A stretch of 64,000 bases of DNA from Nageia nagi. Lineage: Eukaryota > Plantae > Pinophyta. The DNA lies in NCBI GenBank assembly GCA_050084985.1, contig JBITNC010000001.1, forward strand, positions 102,238,001 through 102,302,000, in the 5' to 3' direction. The translations under genes and the position numbers were made by a program. The notes beneath the pieces are model-generated. The model ran no database searches. It had not been told where the DNA came from and was given only the letters and a program-made list of their open reading frames with translations. Positions within the stretch are counted from its first letter, which is position 1. The number at the start of each line of letters is the position of its first letter. Below, in pieces: positions 39,415 to 53,000 of this stretch.

Positions 39415-41280
39415 TATAAAAGGGTACCCAAAACCTTTAACAAAAAAGTAAAGATTGAAACTAATGGGTCACAAAATATCCAAAAAAATAACTAGATCTT
39501 AACAGGATCTCTTGACCAAAAGATACAGTTAACAAAATAAAAATTAGGAGACCCTACAAGGAAAAGAAGAGGCCTACTTTTGAAGTTGATCAACCTTTGT
39601 GAAAAGGTATCCTAACAAGTCAGAAAAAGCCTTCCTCAAATCTTTCTTACCAAATAGGTCGTCAATAGACAACAAAGGTCTTCCTTTGGAATTATTGGGA
39701 TTTCTCTTATATTCTCTTCCCGCTAACTAGCTTAATTCCTTAAGGCCACTTCTTGGTCCTTTAGGTTATATCTATATTTTCTCCTCACCTTTCAATTCTA
39801 AAACCAATTGGGTGTCATTAGCTATCTCAATTGTTGTTTGTTTTAGCCTCAAACCATGGTTCAAGAGTCTTCCAACTCTCTTTTCCACCTTTAGATCATC
39901 CTTTGCCTTCCTTTCACTTTTGGTTTAGGTATCCATTAAGGCCTCCACTTCCTCAAGGGTGGGGATGGGGGTCAAATGTTTTCAAGTTAATGAGGCTTCT
40001 TACACCACAATATATGTTTTAGGAACTACCTCCACATCTTAGGACAATAAAATTATTGCTACTTCAAGAGGAAACTCCAAATAACTCAAGCAAGATAATG
40101 CATTTTGTTGAGTGTTAGGCCATTATTTGTGTAGGAGAGTTTCTAACATAAGCTTCATGTTATGATTCAATCAGTCTCTTTAGTTCCTTTATTTCTGAGG
40201 TAAGTAGAGAGTCCAACATCCCTCCTCCATCTTACTCCACTTGAGAGGGAATATTTAGCTTCTAACAGGCCTACACCTTCTATTTGTATTGGCTTTGTTT
40301 TCCATATTCTTTTTAGAGAATGTTTGCTTCAATTCATTGGTGAAACTCTAGAGAGGTATAATGGTTTTCCATGGGATGAACAAATAGAAGGTTTATTTTT
40401 AAATTCAATCTCTTATTCCATTTACCCAAGTTGGAAACTAAATCAATGGAGTGCATGGGTTCCTTCTCCATATCCATAGTAACACATATTTATGCATAAA
40501 CCATTTGATTTTTTGACATGGTAGTCAAGTTAATTATTATTGATATCCTACAACTTGGGCTATCCCTAGAAGTATCTCACTATGCCAATAGTGAAAGGAT
40601 AAGCTTGAAACTTTGATCCATACCAATGTTATTTTGACACTCTATGTATTGGGATCAAAATATGGAATGATTTTCATAAGAAAAGTCCACACTTTCTAAA
40701 GAACAACGATTCTACTACCAAAATGTGTTTTAAATTTCCTTCCAATTGGAGTTTCACCATGAAGAAGCTTGTTGACATTACTCTTATTCTTGTATAACCC
40801 TAGGGTTTTCATTTAGAGATAGCTCATCAACATGTAGTGTCAATATTCAATTTGCATCCAAGAAATTTTTTGACCAAATTATTCCTTCATGATCCATTTT
40901 AATTGTAATCTCTTGATCCTTGATTGCATAATCCTTACCCAAGATGTCAATTCCTCCATTACCTAAGCTTAAAATGTCATGCCTTCCTCTATTTCAAGGA
41001 GGCTCGAACTTGTCCCTTGAACAACTTGCTAGGGAATCTTGATCCTATCAAGTCCTTGTTTTCCATGTGGTACCACCATGTTTTTCTTGTTCACATTAGG
41101 TTAAAAAAATTGAAAATTCATTTGCCAACATCTCCAAATCCATTGGGTCCACCTTTCCTCTCTCCATTTGCCTCCAACTAGAAAATATTTTTTAATGGTC
41201 AAACCAATGTTACCATATAGGCCAACACTTTAATTCTCCATGCAAAACAACAGTTTATTTAGCATTCCCTTATCCCCCCA
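39415..41280 (-). mobile_element. L1-type LINE, ORF1 (DUF4283-like) remnant
   Basis: PYFDPNT...LVWIKVSSLSFHYW..EILLGIAQVVG...VYA*ICVTMD at 40470-40700, and a G-run 5' start at ~41279. Confidence 0.65.
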
Positions 41281-41289
41281 AATTTTCTT

Positions 41290-41690
41290 CTATTGTTAAT
41301 AATCGATCTTTAGAGATGATTCGCTCTTCTAAAGACTTAGGTATCGTTATTAATCACAAACTAAATTGGAATCAAACTATTGAAAATAAAATCTTTGTTG
41401 GGTGGAAATCCTCTTATGGTCTAAAAAATAAATGTAAAAATGTGAGACTTTGAAATTGGGATGAAAGAAAACTCTTCTCTCTTGCTTCATAATTCAAATA
41501 ATACTTTATGGTGATGAAGTTTAGGGTGGAAGAATTTCTTGAAAAACATGGAATAAAATTGAACAAATTCAAAAATAATTTGTTGTTTATTACTATGAAA
41601 TTAAAAATAACACACCATACTCTATCCTCCTCATGGAAGTTGGTATAGTCCCTATTGAAAGCAAACCTTTAGGGTAATATATATTATATT
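41290..41690 (+). mobile_element. LINE RT C-terminal fragment (RTE-X/L2-like)
   Basis: KDLGIVINHKLNW...GWKS..LKNKC...ILYGDEV*G...WNKIEQIQ...TPYSILLMEVGIVPIE. Confidence 0.75.
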
Positions 41691-42360
41691 GTTGGAAACC
41701 TAATCCTTGAGGATTAAGGTTGATTGTAAATATGAACTAGATTTAGGTGTGTGAGTGTGGAAATATTTTATATTCAGTATTTTCATATTTGTAAGTGAAA
41801 GAAATTTCACATGTCATTAGGAAGTTGAAGAATCATTAGGAGGTTTTAAGGGTTTCTTAAAGGAGTTATGTATCCTTCTATGTGATGAGCCTTACATTTG
41901 GCTCAATGGGATTTGGTGCAAATCCTCAAACTCTATCTACACACAACAACAAGAATCACCTAAACATGCCCTAGGAGAGGGACGTTACACATTGAGCCAT
42001 AGATCTAAGGTGTTGATCTCCATAGGAGCCAACGTCATACCACAATTAGCCAAATAACCTCAACAATGCACAAAGTACCCAACGTTTAGCTATGGAATGT
42101 GAATATGCAATACCAAACCCTCATTCATGAAATATTTCCAACATCCAAGAAGAGAGCAATAATATCACACTTAAATAATTAATATTCATTCACAAAGCTG
42201 ATGTGCAGAATGGTTATGCCAAATACTGAAAAACTTACTAAATTATGTCAAGGATCCAATGCAGTAAAGAAGTATGCACAAATAGTAAATAATGAGCGAA
42301 CAAAGTAATTATTTATTGCTAAAGAAATGAGGATCTTAATTACAAAACTTTAGTTATAAA

Positions 42361-45300
42361 TGTAATATCCTCAAATTGGAACATCTAGATGCCATCCCTC
42401 ATGTCTCTTTATTGTGATTTTTAGTACTTACATTAGGTGTATTTTATTTGTCAAACTATGTATTTATCGTATTATATTTGTGCCTTAAATGTAAGCACTC
42501 GAAAAGGGAAAAGTATATATTTATTTGAAGGGCCATTAAAATGAACTATGCCCTACATCCAAGTCAACCATACTAGGGGGATTAAGGCCATTTAATGTTT
42601 TAATTATTCTCCCCTCCTAGTTAATTACCTTTTAGGGATATATTTGCAAGATTTAGATGCTATAAAGGCAAATCATTTGATCACTTGAAGATATCATCTT
42701 ATGCATTCAATATTTGGATCATTCGAAGTTTAGGGATGCTTCCCTTCTCTACGTTCTATGGCTTAAGGTTGCTTCCTAGCTGATAAGTGGCTCTTCTATG
42801 CTTCTACATGACTTGGAAAGCTTGTGTCATCTATCTTTGCCATTTGTGAGCTTGCACCAACCATTAGGAGCCATCTTGGGACATGCACCAAGCTTGGGAG
42901 CTTTCTTGTATTTGCACCAACCTTGAGAAGTCTAGATAGAGAATCTTTGAGTCTTGGGCTTTGCACTAGAACTTGTTACAATGCTATACTATTTTTGGTT
43001 GATTATTGATGATATTGGCTCTCATAATACGTCTCGAATGTGAATGAATATTCATATACATACATACATATATATATATATGGGAATGTATGTGAATTAG
43101 AGTATTTTGAAGCAATATTTCCGTTATGTTACATATCTAAACTTATGCCCTAGTTTGATCATATTCACATGTTATATGTGCTTTATATCAGATTAGGATA
43201 TTATTGTTGTATTTCAATTTTGAGCGCATGTGTTGGATGGTTAATGAGTATTTACTTTGATGCCCTAATTCATGAATGAATGCGAAATTAAGGAATTGAA
43301 GAAACTCTACAAAGCTACATTACAAAGGTATCAAAGCTCAAAGTCTTGCTAACCTATGAAGACTTCTTACATGCCAAGGCATCAATTCTACACAAGAAGG
43401 AACAAGAATTCCTTGGAGATTGAGATTCAAAGTGAATCAAAAATGGATAGAGAAAGTAGATCTAGCACAACAATTCGCAACCATGGTAGATTTACTAACT
43501 CAACTTGTGAAGAAGGTGAATGCACTTGTACCAACTCCACAAGAGCAAGAGGGATCAAAAATCCCATCTAGGTAGCTACACTAGATCAAAGGAGTGAAGA
43601 ATTCATGTGTCCAACATAGCCACCCCAACCCAAGTCATCCAAGCCTATGTTCTTGCAACAAGGAGCGAAAAATCCTAATAAGTACCTTGATACCTACTTT
43701 GCTCAATACCAAGGTAAGAGAATCGTCTTCAAGAAAATATTTTCATTTGAAAGTTTTCTTAATATCATGGGAAAGAAGATAGGAAAAGAGAATGATTATC
43801 ATCACAACAAACACCTACAAAAGATGCAAGTTCCTATGTCTGATGATAGCAACCTTACAACTAGGTCTTGTCTACAAAATCTTCAAACTTAATTCACTTT
43901 TTGCCCAATGAAAGAGACGGATGCAAGTAGATTTTCCTTCCTTCACCTTGATGGCAAAGCATATGAATGGTGGCATAATGGGTTCACCAGCTAAGGGAAT
44001 GACAAGATTGTCATCTTTAAAGAATTTTACCAAAAACTTCTTGACATGTTTGAAAGAAAGGATGAAGAAAAATATTTTAGAGAGATAGCTACAATTCACC
44101 AAGTCACTTTTTGTGGGCAACTATGTTGAGTAATTTCAAAGGATTTTAGTTATGGTTTCCAATGTATCGAATAAGAGGATAACTTTCCTCTTTATGGAAA
44201 GGCTAAAGGGTCCATTACAGGGCTTGGTTAGAGCCTTTGATCCACGAATTCTACAAGATGCAATCAAGAGGGAACTTACTCTTGAAGATTATACTCTTCC
44301 AAAGACTAAGAATGTGACACCATCCCATAGACCTAACATGCAAGCACCATTCAAGAAGGACCCTCCACCATTAAGAAGAGATTCATCAAGTGGAAATTCA
44401 GCGCTTGCTCCTCCCATTACATATACAAGAAGAACCAAGGATGAGAGGAATTAAAGGAATGAACTAAGAAGGAAAAATATATGCTTTAGTTGCAAACAAC
44501 CTTGAATTCTAGGTCAGTGTTACCTTGGCAAGGGAGCTACACATTACATTGAGGTCTTTTAAGAAGAAGAGTCACCAGATGAGGAACATAAGAACAATGA
44601 TGAACATAATAAGGATGAGCCATCATATAGAACTATGAACATCTGAAGATCCAATCCTAAGTCTACTACATCAATTATATCAAGAAGAGGAACACTAGCT
44701 ACCTTCAGTGGGATGAATCAATATTTCAATATCAAAGTTATAAGGGAATGTTTGGGAGAGAAGGTTCTAGTTTTGATAGATGGAGGTGCTACCCACAACT
44801 TTGTTAATGAAAAGCTAGCCACCACCAAGAAAATGAGGATCGAACAATTTTTGGGTTTTGATGTGATAATTGGAAATGGGAACATTATACCTTGCAAGAA
44901 GTATGTGCCAAAGATGATGGTTAGCTTAAAATGATACACTATTGAAGATGACTTCTATGTCTTCACATTGGGTGATTCACTTCATGTTGTCTAGGGGTAT
45001 AATGGTTGGTATCCTTGAGAGATTACACCACCAACCACTCAACCTGGCAATTCAAGTTCAAGAGTGGAGGTTGTGAAACCACACTATAAGGAATCAAGGA
45101 GGACAAGAACCAAAATGCTTCCATCAAGATATTGGAGGCAACTACATCAAGTGCAAAAGAAGAGACTGTCTCAATTATAGGACCAAAAGAGGATAAAAGA
45201 AGACCATTGGAAGAAAGGTGGACTTTAACACCTAGTGGCATCTAATAAGAAGGTGCACATATGACTCCATTCACTTTGAGTTCCTCTTCACACTTTTCAA

Positions 45301-45895
45301 TTCTTGAAAATAAAATTAATTCTCCACCTTGTCTAGAAGTGATAAAACCCCACTAAGCATTCTCTAGGAAGCTTAGAATGACTGTTAGGCCTCACATATA
45401 TGGGAAAAGATTAGCCATAAGAGACACTCCTCATTTACCTACAAAAAGAATCAAAAGGGATCTAAGAGAAATAATTAAATCCTTGATTAAACCCCTAAAA
45501 TACCCCACTCTCAAACTAGAGGGGCACCTTATGGGAACATCCATCATTAACCTAGTAGACAAAGGAGCCACGAATAATTTTAATAATAAAGCATTTTTCC
45601 TTAGAGGAAACTTGGAAAGAACTGAAACCCAAGAATTTGGGGTCACCAATGCTAGGGGATACCAAACTGGGTAAAAATGGATGGTCAAAGATCTTAGAAT
45701 CACCATTGGAACTACACCATTATAGTTGATTTCTATATTTACTCCATGGGTGGATTCCCTCACATCATATAGGGAGTCCAATGGTTGTACCAATTATGAG
45801 ATATAACTTTCAATTATCGAAAGTTAGAAATGAGTTTCTTTGAGCAAGGGGAGAAGATCTCTTTGAGAGGCATCCATGCCACACATCCATGGACA
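42361..45895 (+). mobile_element. Truncated Gypsy: 5' LTR 42361-43324, PBS 43326-43337, gag, two tandem aspartic protease domains
   Basis: TGTAAT...ATTACA LTR and ggtatcaaagc PBS; gag FLFMERLKGPLQGLVRAFDP and CFSC knuckle; LIDGGATHNF and LVDKGATNNF. Confidence 0.85.
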
Positions 45896-48557
45896 ACAGT
45901 CAACAGTTTAGAGATTACCCATATCAACCATAACACCTCTTCAAAAAGTTATAATAGTTACAACAACGTTGCTCTCGATTTTTGTAACATCCTAAGGAAA
46001 ACTTTAATAATAAAAATCCTTTCTTTTTTATGAATTCTTCATCTATGAAATTATAAGTAGCTCCTCTATCGATAAGTACCACCACTTTGCTATTATCTGA
46101 GTATTCCTCTACCTCACATACATCTAAGTACATATATTGTGCCTTTCCATTGAATCTGTGTCCTCTCTCCCAAGGATTCTGATAAGTAAAGAAAAGCTTT
46201 TTCTTCCTTAATACCTCATGTGTAGCATAGTCTAGTCCATTTGTTGGTCTCTAAATAGGTGGTGGAGGTTTGCTTCTTGTTAATTCCTTGTTGGTGCTAG
46301 TTGTCAGTGTTCCTGTTGTAGGAGTCTTAGTAACAATTCCCATGGATTATTGAATCCTTCCAATAACTCTTCTTTGTAGATGGCCATGAATAAAGTGGAT
46401 GGTTCCATAGCTTTTACTGATGATTTTACTAGTTCTTGTAACCCATCCATGAAGAGATAGGTTAGCCTTACATCTTCCATATTAGGAACAGATACAACAA
46501 TCCTTTGAAATTCTTCAATATATGCATCCACAATGGTTGTGTGTCAAAGCATTGCCAACTCTGTGAAGTACTCCGCTATAAGCTTATGTTAAAACCTATC
46601 AAGTACCCTTTGGCTGAAGTCTTCAAAGGTTTTGACCTTCCCATGTCTAAGTGTAGTAACACCATTATGCCACCATTCATAAGATATTCCATCTAAACAC
46701 ATGGTTGTTGTTTTGATTCCTTCTTCTTCACTCATGATATGGAGAGAGAACTAAGTTTGTAATTTCTACAACCAAGCCCTTGCGAAAATTTTATCACTCC
46801 CATCAAATGGAGGCAGGGAAACCTTGGGCTTCTTATCATCTGATGGCTTTGGGGACTTCTAACTTTTCTATCTTTGGGTCTCCCATTATGTGTGAAAAAG
46901 GAAAATCATGCTAAATTTTTCAAGCTTATCCATATAGTCTTGAATTACCTCATCCATGCTTGCTTCCTCTTGCTCATTTCCCTAAATCTGCTTGGGGATG
47001 AAAAGTGACTCCATGATTTGAACAGATGGAGTATGTCTTGATGATGCTTAATTCTCAATAGGGGTCCCTTGGTTTGATTCCTTTATGTTAAGAGAGTGAT
47101 TGGAGTATCTAACTTCTTTTTAGCCATTCTAAACTTCTATCTCTTATCCTTGTTATGAAATTACTTGTAGATTCTAGGGGCCATAAACTAAAAGCTTATC
47201 CTGTAACTCAATTTACTTGCTCGATTACTCCTAAAAACTAAAATAAAACATTTTATTGGTCTTTTATCCTTATTTCTCCTATTCTGAAAATAAAAAATAT
47301 GAAATTCTCACACACTCAAATTATTCAATTTATTCAGACCTAGAATTTTGGTCCCGCCGTGATGGAATGAAATAGCAAATTTCAAACCTATTTGTTACGA
47401 GCCCAAAGAATAAACTCTGAATTCAAATACGTCTCCTTCAAGCTCAAGGTCCACACACTTATGTTGAATCATGCTAAGCAAAGCAAGTTCCAAATTTCAA
47501 TAATTAACCAAGATACCTCAAGGAATGAGTTTTTTGCTAACTCACACTAGACAGAGCTTTCTATAGTCCTAACTTCTCACTTCTAACCTCCAATTTTGAT
47601 CACAACAATAGAATAATCTCAATGTCTCCTTCTCAAGACCTCATGGTGTAGACACCACTATGAATTTTAGTCAATAACAACAAATTAACTACCCCATTTT
47701 CTAATGTCCTCCTTCCAGTGATGTGTGGCTTCAAATTCACTAGAAAATAGTGGCAAATATGTCTAGAAAAACCCTACAGATTGTTAATAGTTGTCTTCCA
47801 TGATCAAAATGGATTGATACTTACAAGTAGTGACACTCGGAATGCAACAAAAATAGCCATTTGGCATTAGCAAGCCAATGTCCCACTTCAGGTTTCTCCA
47901 AAATGCAGCAAAAGTCTTGAAAAACCTCCCAAAAACTCAATGTCTTCCTTCAAGTGGCTTCAAAATGTAGAACTGACTTTCAAAAAGTGCTCAATTCACT
48001 AATGTATGCCTTCCAGAGAGCTTAAAATGTAAGGTTATGCTCAAAAATTCCCCCAATAATGCAACATCTAGCCTTTAGTGACCCAGAAATGTAACATCCA
48101 ACCTCAAATGGTCCTGGAATGTAGCTTCAAGCACAAACACCTCCCTAGAATACTAACGTTTGCCTCCTAGTGGTCCCAAAATGTAGCTTTGGGCATAGAA
48201 ATGCCCCTAGAATACCAACATCTAGCCCTAAATTGGCTCAAACTCTCTGAACAGAACTTATTCCTCCCTCAAACTTAAAAGCAAATCGAGAAAGAACTTC
48301 AACTTGAAATGAAAAGTGCAAAATTTTCAAGAATATACATTTTCTAAGTTGTATGAATCTCCTCTAAGCTTCAGAATTTGGAATTAGGACCAAGAGATGC
48401 CTAATGACTTGCCAAAAGTATGAGATAGAGCTCCATGATCTTTCGAAACTCCTTCAGAATGCCCACTATGATGCTAGGTCAACTCCATAACATGAACTCT
48501 CCACAAATAGCAATGTGATCCGGAAGAATATCACAATGAATTCTCTTCAACTCTTCC
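45895..48557 (-). mobile_element. Family X Gypsy internal fragment (leader, gag, partial protease)
   Basis: Gag DAYIEEFQR...LFMDGL, PR LIDRGATYNF; 47900-48557 is collinear with 5100-5690. Confidence 0.8.
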
Positions 48558-48941
48558 ATTCTATTGTCAAAATATTGTTGTTGTTTATCTCTTTGTTATT
48601 GGATATTGGATTGTGGAGTAGTTTTTGCACCATTAGAGTATTATTTGTGCTCCCAAACTGGGATGTTGCATTTGGGGTAAAGTTTGCATTGTTTACTTAC
48701 TCTTTTTGCTCCTTGATTGGTACGTTGAAATATTGGGAGAATTATATGCTTATTCGGTGTGTTTTTGCTTCCTAACTGGGATGTTGCAATTGTAGAGAAT
48801 ATCATTGCAAAATTTATTAATCCTTGCTAGACATTGGAATACTTATGCAATTTTGAGCTTGCTTGGTTAGTTTGAAGGTTGGAATCCAAACGTCCCTCTC
48901 CTAGGGAATGTTTGAGGAGTGAGCCCGAAAATGACTCATCA
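48557..48941 (+). repeat. 3' portion of a family X LTR, inverted relative to the adjacent leader
   Basis: Reverse complement of ~5887-6392; ends CATCA. Confidence 0.75.
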
Positions 48942-50045
48942 CATTGAAAGCTAGATACCTAGGTACCAATGGTGAAAAGATGCCAAACCAAAAAAATTGC
49001 CTCCCATCCAAATTTAAAATATATAGATATCTAAAATAATCTCAATCCAAAGTGTAATGCAATAAGTTCTTGGGAGAAGATCAACTTAATTTTAATGTAA
49101 AGGTTTCCAATATAATTTAATTATTTTTACCAAATGAAAATATCAACACAACGATCTTTATGAAAAATAGTTGCTCAACCAAGGTGAAGAACGAATAGTT
49201 CATAGAAGAGGATCGACCTTAATGTATCTTGATGGTTCTTCAAAATGGTATAAAATACAATTTCTTTCTAATGGGTTCAACACCAATGTTTTACTATGGA
49301 GACCCAACACATTAGCCTAGAGTGTTCAACATACGAACTAAAAAATGATCTTCAAGATATTTAAATACAAGGGCTTCCAAGGTAAATGCTCTCCCTATTA
49401 TTCTCTACATAACTTGCTTCCCAATGATGACCAACTAATATAAATGGTAATGCACTTCGAAGGTTCCAAACAATATGGTTCCCAAGGTGATGCCATCATA
49501 GGTTGGTTACACAATGTTATGATTAACTCAAAGGCTCCATGCAATACTTACCTACTAGAATGGTAGTAATCAAATGATCAAATGCTCAATGAATTAAATG
49601 ATGCATTCAAATACGCAATTCCTAATTTGCTATGTTGCACAATTCTTAAGCAAAATTCATATTTTTCAATCAAAAGATACAAAAGATGCTTCGGCAAAAA
49701 AAGGAGGGTCATGACAACATCCTTAGAAGGATGTCACCATCCCAGTGATCAAATGGAAAGGGAATTTTGGATTCTTGCACACACGATATTAAAAAACTAG
49801 CTTGATAGATGAACTTCAAGATTCCATAACTCCTTTGTTTCTTAATGAAACCCATTCATGTAACTTGTCAAAACAATTGGCATGAGGTCCTCTTTCCATT
49901 TCAAGTGACAATACATCAATTTCTAGCTCATAGAATATGAAATCTCCTTAAAACCAAAAAGAGTCAAACTTACAAATTGGGGACATTACATTCTCCTCTT
50001 TTAATGCTTATCAATTTGGAATGTAACTTGGCTTTTTGGAGTTAA

Positions 50046-53000
50046 TGTTGAACTACATGTTCTTATTGTCTTCAACACGAGAATTGCAAGAATGATCAAA
50101 GGAATTGTAAGTTGTTATTATTTTCATATGATGAAAATAATCATTCTTCATTGTTATTATATTACATTATGGAGTGTTTTTGTTCTCTGTCCTGGAATAG
50201 AATGCCTTGAGAAGAGTTGCAGCCTGCAGTCAAATAATAATTAAGACTGTAGTGAAGTAAAGCAATTGAGAAAAGTTGTAGTCTACAATTTGAACTATCA
50301 ATAGATATACCGTGGGCATATATCTTGTGCAATACGTTATGGGCATATATCGTGTTGTGAAATACATTATGGATGTATACATTGCTTGTCTTATGATAGA
50401 AAATATCACTACATAGATTTTGGACGTATATAAAGCTTGTCTGGTGATAAAACATGTTGCCAGATTTATTTTGGGCATATATCATGTAACTAGATAAATT
50501 TTGGATGTTTATCTTGCAGCTAGATTAATTTTGGATGTATATCAGTACAGTTTGGGCATATATCCCAGCCTACAGTTACGAAAATGATTGTAAAATGCTC
50601 AATTTTTAGGTAAAAATGGTCATATGAACACTCATTTCATGTCTACCAAACAAGAGCTATCCAATTGTGGAGGTTTTATTTCATTTTGAGACTTGTATCA
50701 ATAATTACGGAAGTTTAAATGTGTGGAATTTCTTTTATTATTCATTGTTTTGTAACTGGATGCGAAGAGGTTGTAACAAATGATAGTGACAAGATTGACA
50801 GTTACGTTTTAGCTAAAGGTAACTCCTCCAAAATTTGTGAAGCATTGTTTTAGCAATGAAAGAGAGTTTGAAAACTATCCAGTAGATGAAGCTACATGAA
50901 ATCACTAAGAAAAAGGGACACTAATGCCACCAGCCAAGAAAGGATAGGGTTAGAGGTCACATAATGGTATTATTTGAGTTGTACATGGAAGTTGGAATAG
51001 AACATAGTTGAATATGATATACATTGTTATCAAGTGAGTGCTTGATTAAGAGTTGGAGCTCCTTGTAATGTGTGATATAGAATAGAGGATTAGTTGCATC
51101 TCATCTTAATAGTTGGTGCTATCAAAATTGTAAATACCAACCATTTTTTAATACTAGATTTAGATGGGAGTCCAAGCAATCCATTGGGCACAATGGTTTT
51201 TACCCACACTAGGTTTCCACTATACATATTGTGTTGTGTAATGCTTAATTGTGTGATTGTTTAATTAATTGTTTTAAATTATTTTTGACATTGATTCACC
51301 CCCCCTCTCAATGTCACTTTTAGTCTAATAATTGGTATCAAATCCAAGTCCTTTTTCAAGTCTAATCAACTAACGAGATCTAAGGAGTGATATAATGGCT
51401 AGTGGAGGAGGTTTTTCTTCAAACGAAGCACCACTTTTTGATGGAACAAATTATGCTTTTTGGAAGCTCAAAATACAAACATATCTTTGTGCCTTGGGAT
51501 TTGATATATGGGAGGTTGTAGAAAATGGATGCACAATACCTTCCACACCCCCAACAGATACAACTGGCAAGAAACTGTCTGAGAGTGACTCTAAGGCCAA
51601 GAATGTTGTCATGTGTGGCTTAGTTTATAGTGAATTGGTAAAGATTATGGGATGTAATGCTGTTAAAGAGATGTGGGATAAATTGAAAAGCATACATGAG
51701 GGAGATAACAAGATAAAGGAAGCCAAATTGTAAACATTTAGATCTCAGTTTGAAAGCTTGAAGATGAGTGATGGAGAAGACATAGCTACTTACATGCTAA
51801 GGGTAAATAAGTTGATCAATGCACTTAGAGGATTGGGAGAAAAAATAGAACATAAAGTAATTGTTAAGAAGGTTCTTAAATCCTTCCCACAAAGGTTTGA
51901 CTTCAAAGTATCAACTACTGAAGAAGCCAAATATTTAAATGCATTTTCATTGAATGAAATCCATGGATCCCTAACAACTTGAAAAATAAGGATTATAAAG
52001 TTAAAGAAGCAATGTTCAAGGCAACCAAAAGCACTAAAGCAATAGCAGAATTTGAGGAAGAACCCAACTTTGTTCGGAAACTCAAAAGAGGATAAGGCAA
52101 GTATAAGGTAAACTATCCTTTAAATGTTTTATTTTTGGAGGAGTTGGCCATTTTGCTAGCAAGTGTCCTTACAAATAAAGCAATGATAATAATGATAATG
52201 CTAGTAAACAAGGTGGTGACAAGTACAAAAATAAAGCAAAGAGCTTTAAGAAAGATAGATACAAGAAAAAGAGTTTTATATCACAAGAGAAAGAACAAGA
52301 ACCTAGTGACAATTATGAACCTAAAGATGATAGCAATGAACTTCTTTTTATGGCACATGAAGGAAAAAAAAAATCCTTGAAGTTCATGAAAATTTTGATA
52401 ATGAAGAGGAAGAGCTAAAATAGACTTAGAAGGAGAATCCATATCTACTCTAGAAGAGTTAGATATAGAAAGGATGAAAAATAAATGGTTATCCAAGAAA
52501 TTAGAAGAGTCTAGAAATAAAATCAAAGAGCTTTGCATTCAACTTGAAGAAGCCAAAGTGACTAAAGAATTCTTGCAAGTGCAGCTAACTAATAGGATTG
52601 ATGCATGTCATAATATTGGAGAGGAAATAATCACATTGAGAGTGCAAATAGAGTAGTTATCTCTACAAGCAAGTAATAATGTCAAATTTACAAAATGTGA
52701 ACAAAATTTTGATGAAATGTTGAAAATGCAAAGAAATCCAATGATCGAATTTGGCATAAGATTTGATGAAGGAGAAACTTCTAATCAGCCTAGATTTGAA
52801 ACAAATCAAGTGTTGGAGGACAACAAAGAGAAACAAAAGGTGAATACCAATTGATATAGAAACAAGCGAGAGGTTAGTGATGGATTCATCAATGTTGCAC
52901 ATCAAAAGATATTTCAAAAAGGATTGGCAAGTGGCTATTATCAGTCAAACAGATCTCTTCATTCCTATTATAGATGCAATAATTTTGGTCATAAAGTTGC

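Larger units (their letters stand above)
41881..49990 (-). mobile_element. Probable solo LTR (41881-42360 + 48942-49990) split by the 42361-48941 Gypsy block
   Basis: Termini TGTGATG / CATTACA and flanks ttcta/ttctc (4/5 TSD); non-coding, LTR-like composition. Confidence 0.45.

Noticed and set aside
20502-43081. (TA)n, (GA)n and (CAA)n microsatellites at ~20502, 29917, 30930, 35289 and 43053
   Set aside because: Ordinary simple repeats inside LTRs and UTRs.
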